From Eledone cirrhosa (lineage: Eukaryota), in contig OZ024740.1 in NCBI GenBank assembly GCA_964016885.1, forward strand, positions 305,474,001 to 305,538,000: a stretch of 64,000 nucleotides of DNA, read 5' to 3'. A program made the position numbers and the translations under genes. Every line of letters starts with the position of its first letter. Position 1 is the first letter of the stretch. This document shows, in pieces, positions 25,002-38,990 of the stretch. The notes under the pieces are model-generated. The model was not told the origin of the DNA. It saw nothing but the letters and a program-made list of their open reading frames with translations, and made no database searches.

Positions 25002-25221
25002 CCCTTTCATGACCACATTTCTAATGAAATACATTCTACTTTAATTAATGAGAAATTTTTATTAAAATTATTAATTATTTAATTACTAAGATAGTAACTT
25101 AATGTAACATTCTTATGTAAAATTATGTGGGAAGATTTTAATTTAAATTGGAAACCTTTAAAATTAGTGATTTTATTTCATAGAACTAGAGTTGGTTTTG
25201 GCTGGGGTGGTAACAAAATGG
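25002..25221. mobile_element. TTAA-flanked piggyBac-like MITE (family 1)
   Basis: TTAA|CCCTTTCATGACCAC...GGTAACAAAATGG|TTAA; homologous to 37907 and 47438. Confidence 0.75.
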
Positions 25222-25250
25222 TTAAAACAAAAAGTCTTTCTTCTCAACAG

Positions 25251-25418
25251 AATTAAATCTCAAGAAAAACCAATTCAGTAATCTCCCAGATGAAATGCAA
25301 GACTTATCAAACCTCCAAACTTTAGATATATCCTGCAATAAGTTCACTAGAATACCAGATGCTGTCTACAGATTACCAAAGCTAATAGTTCTGAATGTGG
25401 AAAACAATTCAATAGATG
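25251..25418 (+). CDS. LRRC20: LRRC20-like, coding exon 3
   Basis: Encodes ELNLKKNQFSNLPDEMQDLSNLQTLDISCNKFTRIPDAVYRLPKLIVLNVENNSID with canonical LxxLxLxxN repeats; 168 nt, phase 1-1. Confidence 0.93.
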
Positions 25419-25934
25419 GTAAACAAAATTATTATCATTTTTTTTTTCTTTTGTGTGATTTATATGAAGGATTAGAGTTGGGTAAAGATGTGCCAAACGA
25501 TCTCAATTAGGAGCCCTCAGAAGGGAATATGTGGCGAAGACCTGATTTTAGGAGACTAATTCTTATGAAGGTGATGACAATGGAAGGCAACAAGTAACAT
25601 TCATAGTAATACTATTAATACTAATAGTATTGTGCTCGAGATCTCCCCCCCCCCCCTGTGTGCTTATAAGAATTTAAGCAAATGTCCAACCCTCCCGCTT
25701 ATTCCACCCCCTCGCCTGTTATTTGGGATCTGAGAGTATCCAACCCAAGCACGTTTGGAAAATGGTGATAGTCATAATGATGATGTATTTATTTTTGTTT
25801 GAGTGGCATAGTATATCTTGGACTACATTATCCAGTGTGTGCATCCCTTTTTAAAATGCTAGTGTGATTTAGCTGATATATTCCTATAGACTCCACTTTT
25901 ATGATTTTGTTTCATATATGTAAGTTCCAATTGT

Positions 25935-26590
25935 CGAGGTTTGGTCCCTTCCATCCGACCTCTCAAAAAAGCCTGCGCAGTGCACTCTACATGTGAATGG
26001 AGTTCCACTGTAGCAGATGGATAAGTTCAAGTATTTCGGAGCCGTGTTCATGATTGATTAAGTGCAAGAATTGCTGGAGCTGCGCCAGCTTCAGTATTCG
26101 GTAATCAGAAGGGAAGTAGGTTTAAAAACCAAACTCCCTATCTTCAAGTCGGTATTCATGCCAACCCTTACCTATAGTCATGAATCTTGATTAATGACTG
26201 AAAGAATACGATCACGAATACAAGTTGCCAAAATGAGGGTCCTCCAAAGGGTCTTTGGAGTAACGTTACTTGATAGAGTGCATAGCTCAAAGACCAGAGA
26301 GTCATTACTTCTCCAAATTGAGAGATCATAGCGCCAATACTATGGGCATATGGTTAGAATGTCTCAGGAAAGAATCGCTGAACAGATTTTATAGGCAATA
26401 CCAACTGGCAAGAGACCCAGAGGTAGTTCCTGAGCAAAATGTTTGGATAACATCCATGAGCTCTGCTGGTCTCACTTGGGGATCCAGTTGGATCAGTTGG
26501 AGATGGTTGCTTCTGACAGGACCTGTTGGAAGGAGTGTTTGGGGATTCTGCCCCATGATCCTCTCAGGAGTAAGTGGGTGAAGAAGAAGA
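25935..26590 (+). mobile_element. RTE-clade LINE 3' fragment
   Basis: Reads KFKYFG..KLPIFKSVFMPTLTYSHES*LMTERIRSRIQ.. with a (GAA)n tail. Confidence 0.85.
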
Positions 26591-26631
26591 AATGTAGCAA
26601 GAAATAATGAATATTTTGTTTTTTTTACCAG

Positions 26632-26756
26632 ATGTTGACAAAGAGAAGCTAGAAGGCATGGCCTCAATAGAAGAAGTGAATCTACAAAACAATCCTATAC
26701 CAGCAAATCAAACAAGAGCCCTGATGGATATTGAAGGGATTCATATCTTAGTATGA
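26632..26756 (+). CDS. LRRC20: LRRC20-like, last coding exon
   Basis: Encodes DVDKEKLEGMASIEEVNLQNNPIPANQTRALMDIEGIHILV*; polypyrimidine tract plus CAG; total CDS 516 nt = 171 aa. Confidence 0.9.
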
Positions 26757-28957
26757 AGTTGTTAACTAAAGTTTCATCTGATTTTTACTTTTGGAATTTT
26801 AAAGAAGAAAAAGACTAACGTTATGGCAAAATGGTATGTCCACTTGAAATTTATCTCATAGCTTGGTGGTTTAATTTTTTGTTACATATATTCCACATTA
26901 CTGCAGGGAAGATAAAAAAAAACCCAAAACTTATATCTTACAAGGCTTGAGTGTAGTTGCTGAAGAGTTTAAAGGGAGTTTACAGATACCACGTGGGACT
27001 AGTTAATTCAAATATCCAGGTAGTTTTCAACTATGTATCAGTGCAAGAGAACCCCTGCAATATACAAGGCTAAGGCTTTTTTGTGCTGTACACTAGAATT
27101 CCCTTGACAGTTTCAGTAGCATAAGAGGTTTTCTATGGGGTGGAATTACTAACACTCTGTTCAAATCTTCTCTATTTCTAGAGAAAGAGTTGCTGTGTGT
27201 TGTTTCCCACAACCAATTCTCATGGCTTAACATTGCCAATTCAAAGAGAGAGAGAGAGGTATGAATCAATGCTAGTACTTGACTGAAGCTTTATTTCTCA
27301 ACCTTGAGAAGATAAATGGCAAATTTGACCTTGGTGTGATTTAATCTCAGAGTGCAGGGTGTTGGAACAAATACTGCAAGGCATTATAGTTAATAGAACT
27401 CTGCTAATTCATCACCTTAAGAGTAGTTGTTGGAACACCGTACTGGTACATGGGATGTCTTGGACATTTTTAACCTAGCAGAACCCACCCATGTCTGGGC
27501 CGGAACACAACCAATTTCTTCCACAGAGAGAGAAAGCGAAAGGTGAAATTAACTTTTGTTAGAGTAAGCCAGAGTAAATACTGAGGCATTTTCAGTCCTA
27601 CGCTCCAACAGCTCTGCCTAATCACTGCTTCTTGAAGGGCATATATAATAATGATTTCTATAGGCCAGCAATTTTTTTAGGTGGGTGGGGGGTCGATTAA
27701 ATCAACCTCCAATGTGTTACAGGTACTTTATTTTTTCAACCCTGTAAGGATGAAAGGCAAAGTTAACCTCTGCAGAATTTGAACTCAAAATCTTGTATCT
27801 TTGATATTATGTGAGGTAAAGCCTTTACCACAAAAATACAATAGTAAATATAGAGTAGGGTAAATACTAAAGGGTTAAGGAGCACAAATGAGATGTAAAA
27901 ATCAGCTACATTTCAGTAGAGGATGGGACAAATGTTTTACATTTCATTGCTCCTTACATACATGTACTATATTTATCAATATATCATCATCATCATTTAA
28001 TATGCATTTAGATAGCCGAGCTGTCCCGTTGTGAGACAAGCCAGATCAGATGACCGTGTTTTGCTCATAAAGAACTGATTTTAGCTTGGTTTCTACGGCA
28101 GGATGCCCTTCCTAAAGCCAATCACATTCACAGTGTGTACTGGGTGCTTTTTATCATGACACCTGTGGACGGTGGATTGGGTGTTTTTTGACGTGGCACC
28201 TACATGACCACTCTACAGTGTGGACTGGGTGCTTTTTGTCATGACACCTACACATATATACATAAATATATAGGGAGAGACAAAAAAACAATGAACGAAA
28301 TGTTATATATACTCTCATATATGAATGTATGCATTGGTAATATACTAATATATGAACACATTATATTTTTAGATTAAAGATGTTTGATGACTCATTTGAA
28401 GATGTTTTATTTGATTTGTTGACCCCTTTCCATGGAAACAGCTTATAATAGATGAACTGACTTGGAATGAATTTTTACTAAACTCTTACCAATTTAATGC
28501 TGCTTTGGCATATCCTGCACAAAACAAATGGAACTTTTTACCAAAATATAAATCATGACCTCACAAAATCTCATTGCTTTTCTGTTCTCACTGTGATATT
28601 TTAAAACGAAAAAAATACTTGCATGCTATTATTTTTTTACATGTTTATAAATTTTGAAATTTTTAAAATAAAAATCAGTAAAACGATTTGTTTTATTTCT
28701 AAGATAAACTGAAAATAATTTATTTATTCCAGCTATCTTATTGAGTTGAAGGTATGGAAATTAAATTTCAATGCATGTATTAATGTAAGACACCTTACTC
28801 TATTTCTGATGAATTAAAGCTCACAATTAAGGTTGAAATTAGACAGCTAAAATTCATATAGCTAATTAAGTCCCTCCCAAATACATGTAGTACAGAACAT
28901 GAGCTAAGAAAACGGCTGATATGTGTGTGTATGGACATAGCATGGTTGAATGTTTAA

Positions 28958-29164
28958 CCATTTAGCATTCACATTATTCTATATTTACTATTGCATTTTC
29001 ACAGAAAAGGCTTTACCTCACATAATATTGAATCTATGAAATTTTGATATTATTTATTTTGAGAACAATACCTTAACGTCGGGGTTACAGCCAATTATGA
29101 CCGGTTTGAACTGAAAGAGGTGAGAAAATTCTGGCCGGATATGGCCGGTTTAAATGCTAAAGGT
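28958..29164. mobile_element. TTAA-flanked piggyBac-like MITE (family 2), nested in a tRNA-head SINE
   Basis: TTAA|CCATTTAGCATT...AATGCTAAAGGT|TTAA; a second copy lies at about 40043-40252. Confidence 0.78.
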
Positions 29165-29236
29165 TTAAGAAATTTGCTTCACAATCATTAGGTCCCAGGT
29201 TCAATTCCACTGTGTGGCATCATGGGTAGGTGTCAA

Positions 29237-29385
29237 TTACCATAGCCCCATGTTAACCTTATTTACCATAGCCATATGTGAACCTTGTTTATCCTAGCCT
29301 CAGGTGGACCTTATTTATCATTGCCCCAAGTTAACCTTATTTACCATTGCTCCATGTGAACCTTATTTACCACAGCCCCAGGTTA
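29237..29385 (+). repeat. 26-bp tandem repeat, ~6 diverged copies
   Basis: TTACCATAGCCCCATGTTAACCTTAT variants. Confidence 0.8.
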
Positions 29386-29750
29386 ATAATAATAATAATG
29401 AAATTATTGTGTACAGTGTTCAGGTGCACTACAACTCAGCAAAGGTGCATGTATAGTACATAGAATAATGTACAAATGTCAGGAAAGTGAACAGTGTAAG
29501 AGTCATGATATGTGTGTGTGTGTGTAGTGTTGGCGAATTTCAGGAAGCATGAAGGTTTTAAAGGATGCAGTGTCTTGGTAGCTAACAACTGATGCAGGTA
29601 GTTTGTTCCATGCTTCAACAACTCTGAACGTGAAAAAAGTGTTTCCGAAAGTCATGGGAGCTGTGCTGTTTTAACTTTAGGCATGCCCACATGGAATTCA
29701 AAAAGGTGCTCAGGGTTGTTGTTAGCAAGATGGTTAATAATTTAACCCAT
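29385..29750 (-). mobile_element. CR1-clade LINE 3' fragment
   Basis: Third copy of the family at 1-648. Confidence 0.85.
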
Positions 29751-30599
29751 GCCTTGTCAGTAGATTTGAGTAAACAAAAACAGTTTAGAAGCTCATCATA
29801 TGAATTGTATGTGTAATTCAAAGAGTCTGCCTGAATCTCGATTTACATTAAAGGTACACCTGTCTGTGGAATGTTCAGTCAGTTGCATGTTAATTTCATG
29901 AGGAGGCAGGTCCTTTGATCAAACAATCAGAACACTGTTGGTAATGGATAGTGAGCACTAGATGAAAGTGAAAGACATCCCTAGAACGTGACATGGAAAG
30001 AACTGGTTCAGATTATATTTCAAGATGTTTGTCTTCTAAATGAGATTAGTGGTGACATTGTATTGTAGACATGGCAAAATAGATACTATGATGATGATTA
30101 TATATATATGTGGTTGTGTAGGTGCCACGACAAAAAGCACCTAGCACACACTGTAAATGTGGTTGTGTAGGTGCCACAACAAAAAGCACTTAGCACACTC
30201 TGTAAAGTGGTCAATAAGGTTTATTTATGGCTGTTGATGCATAACATGTGAGAGCCATTCAGGAGAAAGAAAAGATTAACAATAAGAAAGAGAAATCAGG
30301 ATGAAGTCAAGATATCCAGGAAAGTAGCTCTTGAAAGTTCGTCATACAGCTCAGCTTTTAATGATGCAGACTCTTGTGGGAACAAGAGAAACTATCGGTA
30401 TAATAAACAAGTACTTCTTTTATCACAATTGTAGAGAGTCTTCGTCATGATATGTCTGAACTCTTGATTTCCCCCTCTTTATCAAGCAAGATCCAGTCAC
30501 TGTGAGATAACGGCTCAGGTAATCTAGCAATCCACTTTACCACCTGAAACAAGATCCTGGCTAGTCTTCCACTAGGCTGGAGAATTATTACTATCGGTT

Positions 30600-31240
30600 T
30601 CCCAATCTAGCACACTCAAAGATCGGATTACAGTTTTAGTTATAGGAAAAGGAAAGGAAGAGCTCTTATGTGTTCCTATTGTGCGAGATGGAACCATACA
30701 AGTTGCTGAAATTATTTTGAAGGAAATTCAACAACTCAAAATTGAGGATAGAATCATTGGTATATCCTTCACCACTGACAGTAACATTGGCATGCATCAA
30801 GGAGCCAGTACAAAAATTGAAGCTGCTCTGAAAAAAAAAATCCCATTTGTGGCTGGCTTGCTGTCATCTCATCACATTCTTGAACTGGTGTTGAAGAAGT
30901 CTTCGAGATCTTTTACCCATCATTTGGTCCTGTTATCTCAAAATGTTCCAAGAACGTTGGGACTACATTGATAAGTCTTAAACTATCCTGGATGATGATG
31001 AGCCCATGGAAGATTTTTGCAAGTAAAAGGAGTAGATGGTTGAATATCTACTGATACTGCCTTCTGGAGATCATCCCTGAGAAGACTAAGCCGAGTTCAT
31101 AAAACTCTCCCTTTTCTATCTTGGTGGTTGGCCATCTCTCCAGTTCACCTTCTTGGTCCTAAGAGCTTACTACCATACTTGTTGGATGGCTAAGGCCATG
31201 TATGTGATCAAGATAGTTCAGTTAAAAAAACAACTTAAGT
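30600..31240 (+). mobile_element. Decayed hAT-superfamily (hATm-like) transposase fragment
   Basis: Motifs DRITVLV..LCVP, IIGISFTTDSNIG..GAST.IE, LAC..HILELVL and YHHTCWMAKAMY; frameshifts and stops. Confidence 0.7.
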
Positions 31241-31859
31241 TTACACTATAAGTCATTTCCGGTTATAAATTTCATTCATAAAAAAAAAATGTTTCTCTAT
31301 TTAACCCCAATATTATTGTGTATTTAGAACATATTCCTCCTGCTAATTTTCATTTTATTTCATTGTCATGTGGTTTCCATATTGGATTCAGTAAAGTGAA
31401 CAGAAAAGACAATATACTATAGGCCAGATCCCAAAACAATCATTGTAGATAAAAAGATGCGAGTGTGCAACCTTTGATAGTGAGAAAGTGTGAGCGAGAT
31501 GATTGGTGAATAGTTTGCAAAATGGAACACCCTAATATCATCATCACCGTTTTAAGTCCATTCTTCCACGCTAGCATAGATGAGATGGGTTGCCCTGTTG
31601 TGGGCAATGCCAGGTTGGGTGACCTTGTCTTGCTCATACGGGAACTGATTTTGGCTTGATTTCTACAGTTGAATGCCCTTCCTAACACCAACCTCATTTA
31701 CAGGGAGTACTGGGTGTTTTACCGTGGCGCCTACACGACCACTCTTCAGTGTGGGCTGGGTGCTTTTTTGTTGTGACATCTCCACGACCACTTTGCAGTG
31801 GGAGCATATTGTCTATATGCTTCAGCTTGTATATGTGGGAAGTCAGGTCTTCTGTATTA

Positions 31860-32330
31860 CTGTATGATGCCAGAGATCATGGTCCTGTGTCATCACCTTT
31901 GAGAGGTGCAATTGGGCAAAGTCAGCTTTTATCATCTCATCCCAGGTTTTCCTGGGTCTCCCCACTCCAAGGCTTCCATCAATTTTTAGTGCTCTGCACC
32001 TTTTTATGTAGCTGTCATCCTTCGTACACATCACATGTCCATACCAACACAACCTCCTCTTCTGACCACATCATTTGATTCCTCTTATGCTCAGTCTCTC
32101 TCAATTTGTTTGTTTTGCCGTTAGTGTATACTATTATTACACATCCATCGGAGCATGCCAGCTTCGTTTCTAATCTACCGAAGTCTTCTACACACAGCGC
32201 CCAGGTCTCACTACCATGTAACATTGCTGTTTGTATGCACACAGTCCGCCTTTCATTTTGAGGGAAAAGCCTTTTGCATCTAGCAATGGTAGTTACCCTG
32301 GTTATTGTACTTTCAGAACACTCACCTCTG
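31860..32330 (-). mobile_element. RTE LINE fragment
   Basis: Reads AMLHGSETWAL, WYGHVM and GRPRKTWDE. Confidence 0.85.
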
Positions 32331-34089
32331 CTGCTAATTCGATCTGTATTGAAATGTACGTAGAAATTAAATTACTATCCTAGTAATGAAATAATTTTAG
32401 TAAATCCTTCATTAATTAATTGGAATTGGGTATAATCCATCAGTAATATGATCAAGAAAGGGTTAATATTGGTTCTGCTGTGATGCATATATTTTTTGCC
32501 TAATTAATCATACAATCTTTCTTATATGGTTGCAATGTCAGCCAGAACTTACTGTTCACCACAGTTCAGAAGTTTAAACTAGCACACAGGAATTGTATTC
32601 AGATAAGTGATTTGGATCTTGGAAGCAAGTTATTCCCAGGTCTCGAATAATCTGTCTGGATTTTGTATTACATGGTTTACAATACAGGTGGTTATGTTGT
32701 GATCTACCATCCCAGAGGCTTTCAGCATCTCAGCAACTACATGTGATGGTCCAGCTGATTTGCCTGTCTCCATATCCTTAATTGTTTTGATACACTGCTC
32801 CCTTTATTGGGTCCACTTAGGGCAGACTATCTCTTCCTTCCATGCTACTATTTATTTATTTTTTTCTTCTTTGCACCATTATATCGGACATTCATGATTT
32901 TCCCCTGACAATTCTGAATACCCCACGCCACAAAAACTACCCCCCCCCCCCTCTTTGCAAAGTACACTTGTCATCTAGCGTTTTGGTAATGTTTTCTGCT
33001 TCCTCCATTGTGTTATTCTTTCCATGCCAGTTTTTTTATTGTCTCATTCATCCTACTATTCCATCGCCAAGTCACTATCCTTCACCCTGGAGCCCTGTTC
33101 CAACCAGAGATCTCGCCTGTGGGTTTCAGCTAGCGTATAATTAAAATTCTAATTTTATTTTCCAGCTTTATTTCTGTGAAATAAAGAGATCACAGCTCCG
33201 TACTATGGGCGAAACCAACCAGCAAGAGTCTAGAGCAGAATGGTTGGATAACATCCATGAGCTCTGCTGGTCTCGCTTGGGGGGGGATCCAGCCAGACCA
33301 GTTGGAAACAATTGCATCTGACACTGGAAGGAGTGTTTGAAGACTTATTCCTGAGAGGGTCTTTGGGGTAAGTGGACAAAGAAGAAGCTTTATTTCTTAT
33401 ATAGATGCAAAACCTCAGATTTATGGGGGGGGGGGGGGGGGGGGGGGGGGAGGAGCAATTTTGTGACCATCTTTTTTAAAGATGAGTATCTTGTAGGTGG
33501 CTTACTTGTCAGCTATAATCAATGATATAGCTTGTATATACAAGAAAGAAAACACTGCTACAAAACAACTGTAAAAGCTAAGTAAACAAAAAGAAAATAT
33601 ATTTTGTTTGTTTATTTTATATATGAAAAGATTGGTTAAATGAAAATGTAGAAAACATTGATTTATTTACAGTAGATAAAATCCTCTTTAAAAAAAGATT
33701 TCCCAGCTTTGCTATCTATGTGTCAGATATTTCAGGTGAGAATATTTAGAAGTGGCTCGGAATTGTTGATAATATTATAAAAAGGTTTGATAACAGGTCA
33801 ATATCTGATAAGTAAAAGCTATACTGAAGATATGTCTTATCAATTGTTCTAATACTATGAAGAAATAATATATTAGCAGACGATCCATTTGTCAAATAAA
33901 ACTTGACAAGAAATCATTTTAACAAGACATATGTTGACTCAGCAGTAACACATAAATAGACATTCTTTCTATCAGAGCATGATATTCAATGTGTCTAACA
34001 AATATTACAGCCCAGACAATGTCCTTTCTTGATAAATTCACTCAGGTGTCCAAATATAAAAAAACCATCAACTCGATTTAGTATTCTGC

Positions 34090-34245
34090 CTTATGTGACA
34101 TGTACTGTGTCTTGGTAACATTTATGTCCAGACCAATTTTCCTGTCAGAGAATTCAACTTTATGAAGAAGTTCTTGAGTTTGATCAATAGAAGAGCTCTG
34201 TCATCAGCAAATTCTGTATCACATATAACAATGGTGGGTTTCGCT
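34090..34245 (-). mobile_element. Decayed LINE RT fragment
   Basis: Reads DTEFADDRALL..KIGLDINVTKTQYM. Confidence 0.65.
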
Positions 34246-34554
34246 AACTTTCCCTTTGTGTCATTATAGAACCAAGATCTTATTCATTAACAACAGCTTC
34301 CTTTATAGTTCAGAGCAATTATAAAAAGACATGGTGCCAATGTGTTACCTTGAAGGACACCTGGGAACATCATGAAAAATTACGCAGTTAAAATTAGTAA
34401 CAGATGCCACGCTCTTCGAAACCGATCAAGACAACTGCCAACACAATATATGAGAACTGTACAAATCAAAGGTCCCATGGGAAAACCAAGAAGTGGTAAA
34501 GAAAAGAATTAAAATGTGCCTATTCTATACATGTGCTTCATCCAACCGAAAGAG

Positions 34555-34592
<38 letters not shown>

Positions 34593-35217
34593 GCTTGTAG
34601 TTAAAACTAAAAGGAGTGTGCCGTGCAAAATTTTTTGAAAATGTAATCTTAAATACAGAAAAAAAAAAAAAAAAGGAAAAAAAAAAAAAAAAAAGGGGGA
34701 AAAAAAAAAAAGGGGGGGGGGGGGATAGTACCTATAAAGAATTGAATTCCGTATCCTTCAAATTCTGGCTAAGTACTGTAACTATTGAGCTAAGCAACCT
34801 CTAACAACAGACCCCATCTTAATTAGAATCTATATGAACAATTTCAATGTAACACCATCGAATATAAATTATCAAAGCACTGATACCATGAAATTCAGTT
34901 TAGAAAATGTGGGAATCCTAAACGCAGAAAAGACTAACAACAGTTGACTGCTATATATAATAGCTAAGAAAAACTGGTAAAATACTCCGTTTTGCAAGGT
35001 TTGAACGGGCCTTCACAGACATAGTCAATACTCAAGCAGGGCTACTGACCCAGCAGATGGGATGGCTGGTGGTCAGCATCTCATATATAATCCTATATAT
35101 ATAATTATTTAATAACAAATATTAAATAAAGTTAATTTTTTTTTGTTCTGGCAACAATGTTATCACAGTTAAAATTTGAAACACGACTTAGATAAGACAT
35201 AAATAAAAAATATCTAA

Positions 35218-35315
35218 TCAACGCCATGGTTTGCTCGAGGTGATTTTCAGGGAAGGTAAATCTTTCATCCTGGTAGAAACAAACCGTGTAGCAGCCATTT
35301 TCCCAGCAACAGACA
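35218..35315 (-). CDS. CCP110: CCP110 exon 13 (last coding)
   Basis: Encodes VSVAGKMAATRFVSTRMKDLPSLKITSSKPWR*; TTTGTAG acceptor; phase consistent. Confidence 0.75.
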
Positions 35316-35421
35316 CTACAAAGAGAAAATTATTTAGATATCATTTATCCTCTTTATACCAAAGGAAACTTTAAAAAAAAAAAAAAAAAAAAAAAAATAT
35401 CAAAGAAATAGCAAAACTTAC

Positions 35422-35468
35422 CAATTTTACTTTTTGGAAACTGCTGGCTTGAGATTTTTCGAGTTGAT
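35422..35468 (-). CDS. CCP110: CCP110 exon 12
   Basis: Encodes (K)STRKISSQQFPKSKI; TTTTTAG| and |GTAAGT; 47 nt. Confidence 0.75.
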
Positions 35469-35520
35469 CTAAAAAATAAAATAAAAAGTCAAGTCAGTTT
35501 GGGTTATAACAATATATACG

Positions 35521-35561
<41 letters not shown>

Positions 35562-36283
35562 CATATATGTAATATACACACACACAAATAAATAAATACA
35601 CATACATACATACACACAAACATATATATATATTGACTAGACCTGTTTGCTTTCTTTTTCTCTAAGAAAATTTTCGTTTCTGCCATTGCCCACTATTTCT
35701 TTTTCAATTTCTCATCCTATTTTCCTATTTTCTCATGAAGGACTAGTATCCGAACCATTAAGACCCTTTTCCTACTACATATATGTATAATCAACCGACT
35801 TGTTTAATTTCAGAAATTAATACTCCTACCATATTATCACAGCTTCCTCAAACAGAATACAAATGTTCCTGTGATGTTTAATAAAATTAAAAAAAAAAAA
35901 AAAAAAAAAAAAGCTTTCATGAAAATATTTAATGGTTTACACAGTTGTCATCAAAACATCTCACCCAACATATGCTGACAAGGAAAAGGGGGACATAACG
36001 ATGATACAGCTAACAGGGCTATAACCGAAAACACCATTACTCATGGATCTTGAATAATCGCCAGCTCCCTTAACTTTTCAGACCCCCTCCCCCATTCCCC
36101 CACACGATCACCTCTAATTAATTATACCCATCACCTCTACTAATTAAACCCATCAACTCTACTAATTAAATTTGGCTAATCTCTAGTGAAAAAAAAAAAA
36201 AGGGGGAGGGGGGAGAAGAGAAACTAAAAATCTTGTTATAAAATAAATAGGATAGGCAGAGGGTCTCCATATGTAAACTGAAG

Positions 36284-36422
36284 CAGGCATGCCAAAATGA
36301 GGATCCCTCGAGGGCCACACACGACAACTAATTGAGCACATTACAAATTTTTTTTAAAATTTCATAGTATGAAGATAAAACATGCCCGCGTTGTACAAAC
36401 CTTTGTGAAGGCCGCATGCCTG
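36284..36422. mobile_element. hAT-type MITE nested in a TA-flanked MITE (36038-36533)
   Basis: CAGGCATGC...GCATGCCTG termini with an 8-bp TSD, AACTGAAG/AACTAAAG. Confidence 0.7.
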
Positions 36423-36433
36423 AACTAAAGGAC

Positions 36434-36475
<42 letters not shown>

Positions 36476-36864
36476 GAGACAACCTAGGAAAATTACCGAT
36501 TTTCCACCTACAATTATTTGGGATCAGAGAGTAGATACTTTCATTAGATTACTTTCTTTCTTTGTTTGAAAATATAGCTTAGATGATAAAACTGAGAAAC
36601 TTTTCTCAAAATGACTTTTGTAATTGGTAATAGAATTGTCAGTATTGTTTCTTTTTCTTTCCTTGCCAGATTGTCTATAGATGGTGTCATAATAGACTGA
36701 TGGATGTAAAAACTAGATGTAGAATAAGACAGCAATGAGACATTCTTACGTTAAAGAGAAAATTGAGATGCAAATCTAGGAATTAATGAAGGAGTAGATT
36801 AACTATCAAGACAAAAATCTGTAACATTGCTGATAATGTAATCTGGTTACACATTCACACTTAC

Positions 36865-36969
36865 TTTGTTGGTTGAACCAGAGATGGTATTGGGTGAAGT
36901 TTGGCATTGTTCCGACTATTTGATTTGTCAGATAAAGATGATGAAGGACTTTGTTTTTGGACCTGGGTT
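36865..36969 (-). CDS. CCP110: CCP110 exon 11
   Basis: Encodes (I)TQVQKQSPSSSLSDKSNSRNNAKLHPIPSLVQPT; strong GTAAGT donor, weak acceptor; phase 2-2. Confidence 0.65.
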
Positions 36970-37906
36970 CTGTGTTTTCATTAAGGTAACATTTATAGTA
37001 TATAAGTTCACATAGTAAAAAGAGTTTATTTGTTTATATTACACAACCAATGAATCATCATCGTCATTACTGTTTAACAGCTACTTTCTATGATTGCACG
37101 GGTTAGATGGGCCGTCACAGTATGAAACCAGTCAGGTCAGATGGCCATAATTTGCTCATATGGATCTGTTTTTGGCATGGTTTCTATGGCTGGATGCCCT
37201 TCTTAATGTCAACTACATCAGTGTGAAGTGGGTGCTTTATATCATGGCACCAGAAGAAACTTATCAGGGTAGACCGAGTGCTTTCTCATCTGGGCACTTG
37301 CCATCCTTCTAAACTATGGCTAGTTCCACAACAGAAGTACCCAGCCCTCCATGTAATGTAGTCATGTTGGTACCACAATAGATTGCTTTTCTAGCAAGGC
37401 AGTTCTAGTCATGCATAACAAATAAATATTTAACAGTGCTTTTTACATAATTTTATCACACCATTTTTTCCCCTCTTATGAACAACAGCATTATTATTAT
37501 TATTAATACAATGTTATGTTTTAATGCAATGCTAGCATTTAATGACAGGCTCCACTATCGGTTTCTAAACTAAAATAATTGTTGCTGAACCTGTTAGTTT
37601 GAGAAGAATCATCCTCTCTTCAAAAGGGAGCAAACCTCGACAATTGGAATCTGGAACATCATAACCATTACAGGTAAGGAGCAGGAATTAGTGGAGGAGG
37701 CTAGATAAACTATCCTTATTTAAAGAAACAATAACACTTGTTCAAGAAATGTTAGTGTACTTTTCATTAATATCTAAATATTCCAGTATATAGATATTAG
37801 GTCCAGTTTACTGAAATGTTAACTAACTTACTGAAGAAAAGGTTGATGGTTTGTATGAAAACAACTTAGCTCTACTTCAACCCAGGGAAGCAGTCAATCC
37901 ACTTAA

Positions 37907-38129
37907 CCTTTTTGTTACCAACTCAACCAAAACTGGCTCTGGTTCTATGAAATATAACACACATTTTAAAGGTTTTTAATTTAAATTAGAATCTTCCAAC
38001 ATAATTTTATATAAGAACCTTACATTAAGTTACTATCAGTAATGAAATGATTAATAATTTTAGTAAATCCCTCAACATTTTTCATTAATTAAAATAGTGT
38101 ATTTCATTAGAAATGCAGTCATGAAAGAG
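37907..38129. mobile_element. TTAA-flanked MITE (family 1)
   Basis: Inverted homologue of 25002-25221. Confidence 0.75.
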
Positions 38130-38481
38130 TTAATTCTTAGTACTTATCAAGTGCTATCATGTAGAAATTCAGCTCAGTCTATTAAGTCGTAGAGTTACTG
38201 TATTATCAATGAATATTTTGTGAACTTGCAACACAATGTTGTATTCTGCTTGCCCTGCATTGTAACTAAATCTCATTCAAATTACTTAAAAGAAAGAAAC
38301 ATTGGATAAAGTCATAATTTTATGTATGTTTTCCATGCCGAGATGATTTGGATTGAAATAGTCTGAAGAAAAGTTGGGATGGTCCTAGCTAGAATACTTT
38401 TGATCACAGGTCTGCTGGATTAGGACACAGAGTGATCAAGAGCTAAACAACAACAACAACAACAACAACAAAAAAGGATAC

Positions 38482-38540
38482 ATTTGGTTTTTACGCATCA
38501 AATACTTTTGAGTGGCTGAAGATATTTGTTGTGGCTTCGC
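38482..38540 (-). CDS. CCP110: CCP110 exon 10
   Basis: Encodes AKPQQISSATQKYLMRKNQ, resembling the CP110 LSAATQKSLDRKK motif. Confidence 0.85.
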
Positions 38541-38726
38541 CTTCAAGATAAAAATATAAAGAAAGATTTAATTAGCAGAATTAATATACAAGGCAATTAA
38601 GAGGTACATTTTTTAGACATGTCCTGATTAATAATGAAATTATATTAGCTGATAATTAAATACACTATGATCACTGTTACTAATAATGATTATTATTGTA
38701 ATGTCTTTATGTTAACATTGGTTGAA

Positions 38727-38990
38727 GGGGCATGGCTTAGTGGTTAGAGTTTTGGGCTTGCAATCATGAGGTTGTGAGTTTGACTCTCAGACCAGGCGAT
38801 GTGTTATTGAATGAGACTTTATTTCCCAGTGTTCCAGTTTACGCAGCTGTAGAAATGAGTTGTGATGTCACTAGTGCTGAGTTGTATCAGAATTGCCTTT
38901 CCCTTGGAGTCAACATGGGTGGCGTGGTGAGGGGAGGCTAGTATGCATGGGTGACTGCTGGTCTTCCACAAACAACCTATGCCTTGGAAG
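38727..38990 (+). mobile_element. tRNA-head SINE (second family)
   Basis: A-box TGGCTTAGTGG and degenerate B-box; related heads at 14186 and 53787. Confidence 0.65.

Noticed and set aside
34555-34725. Long A and G homopolymers as a retrocopy tail or G4 element
   Set aside because: No associated retrocopy; homopolymer lengths here (also 33424 and 36438) may be sequencing or assembly inflation.
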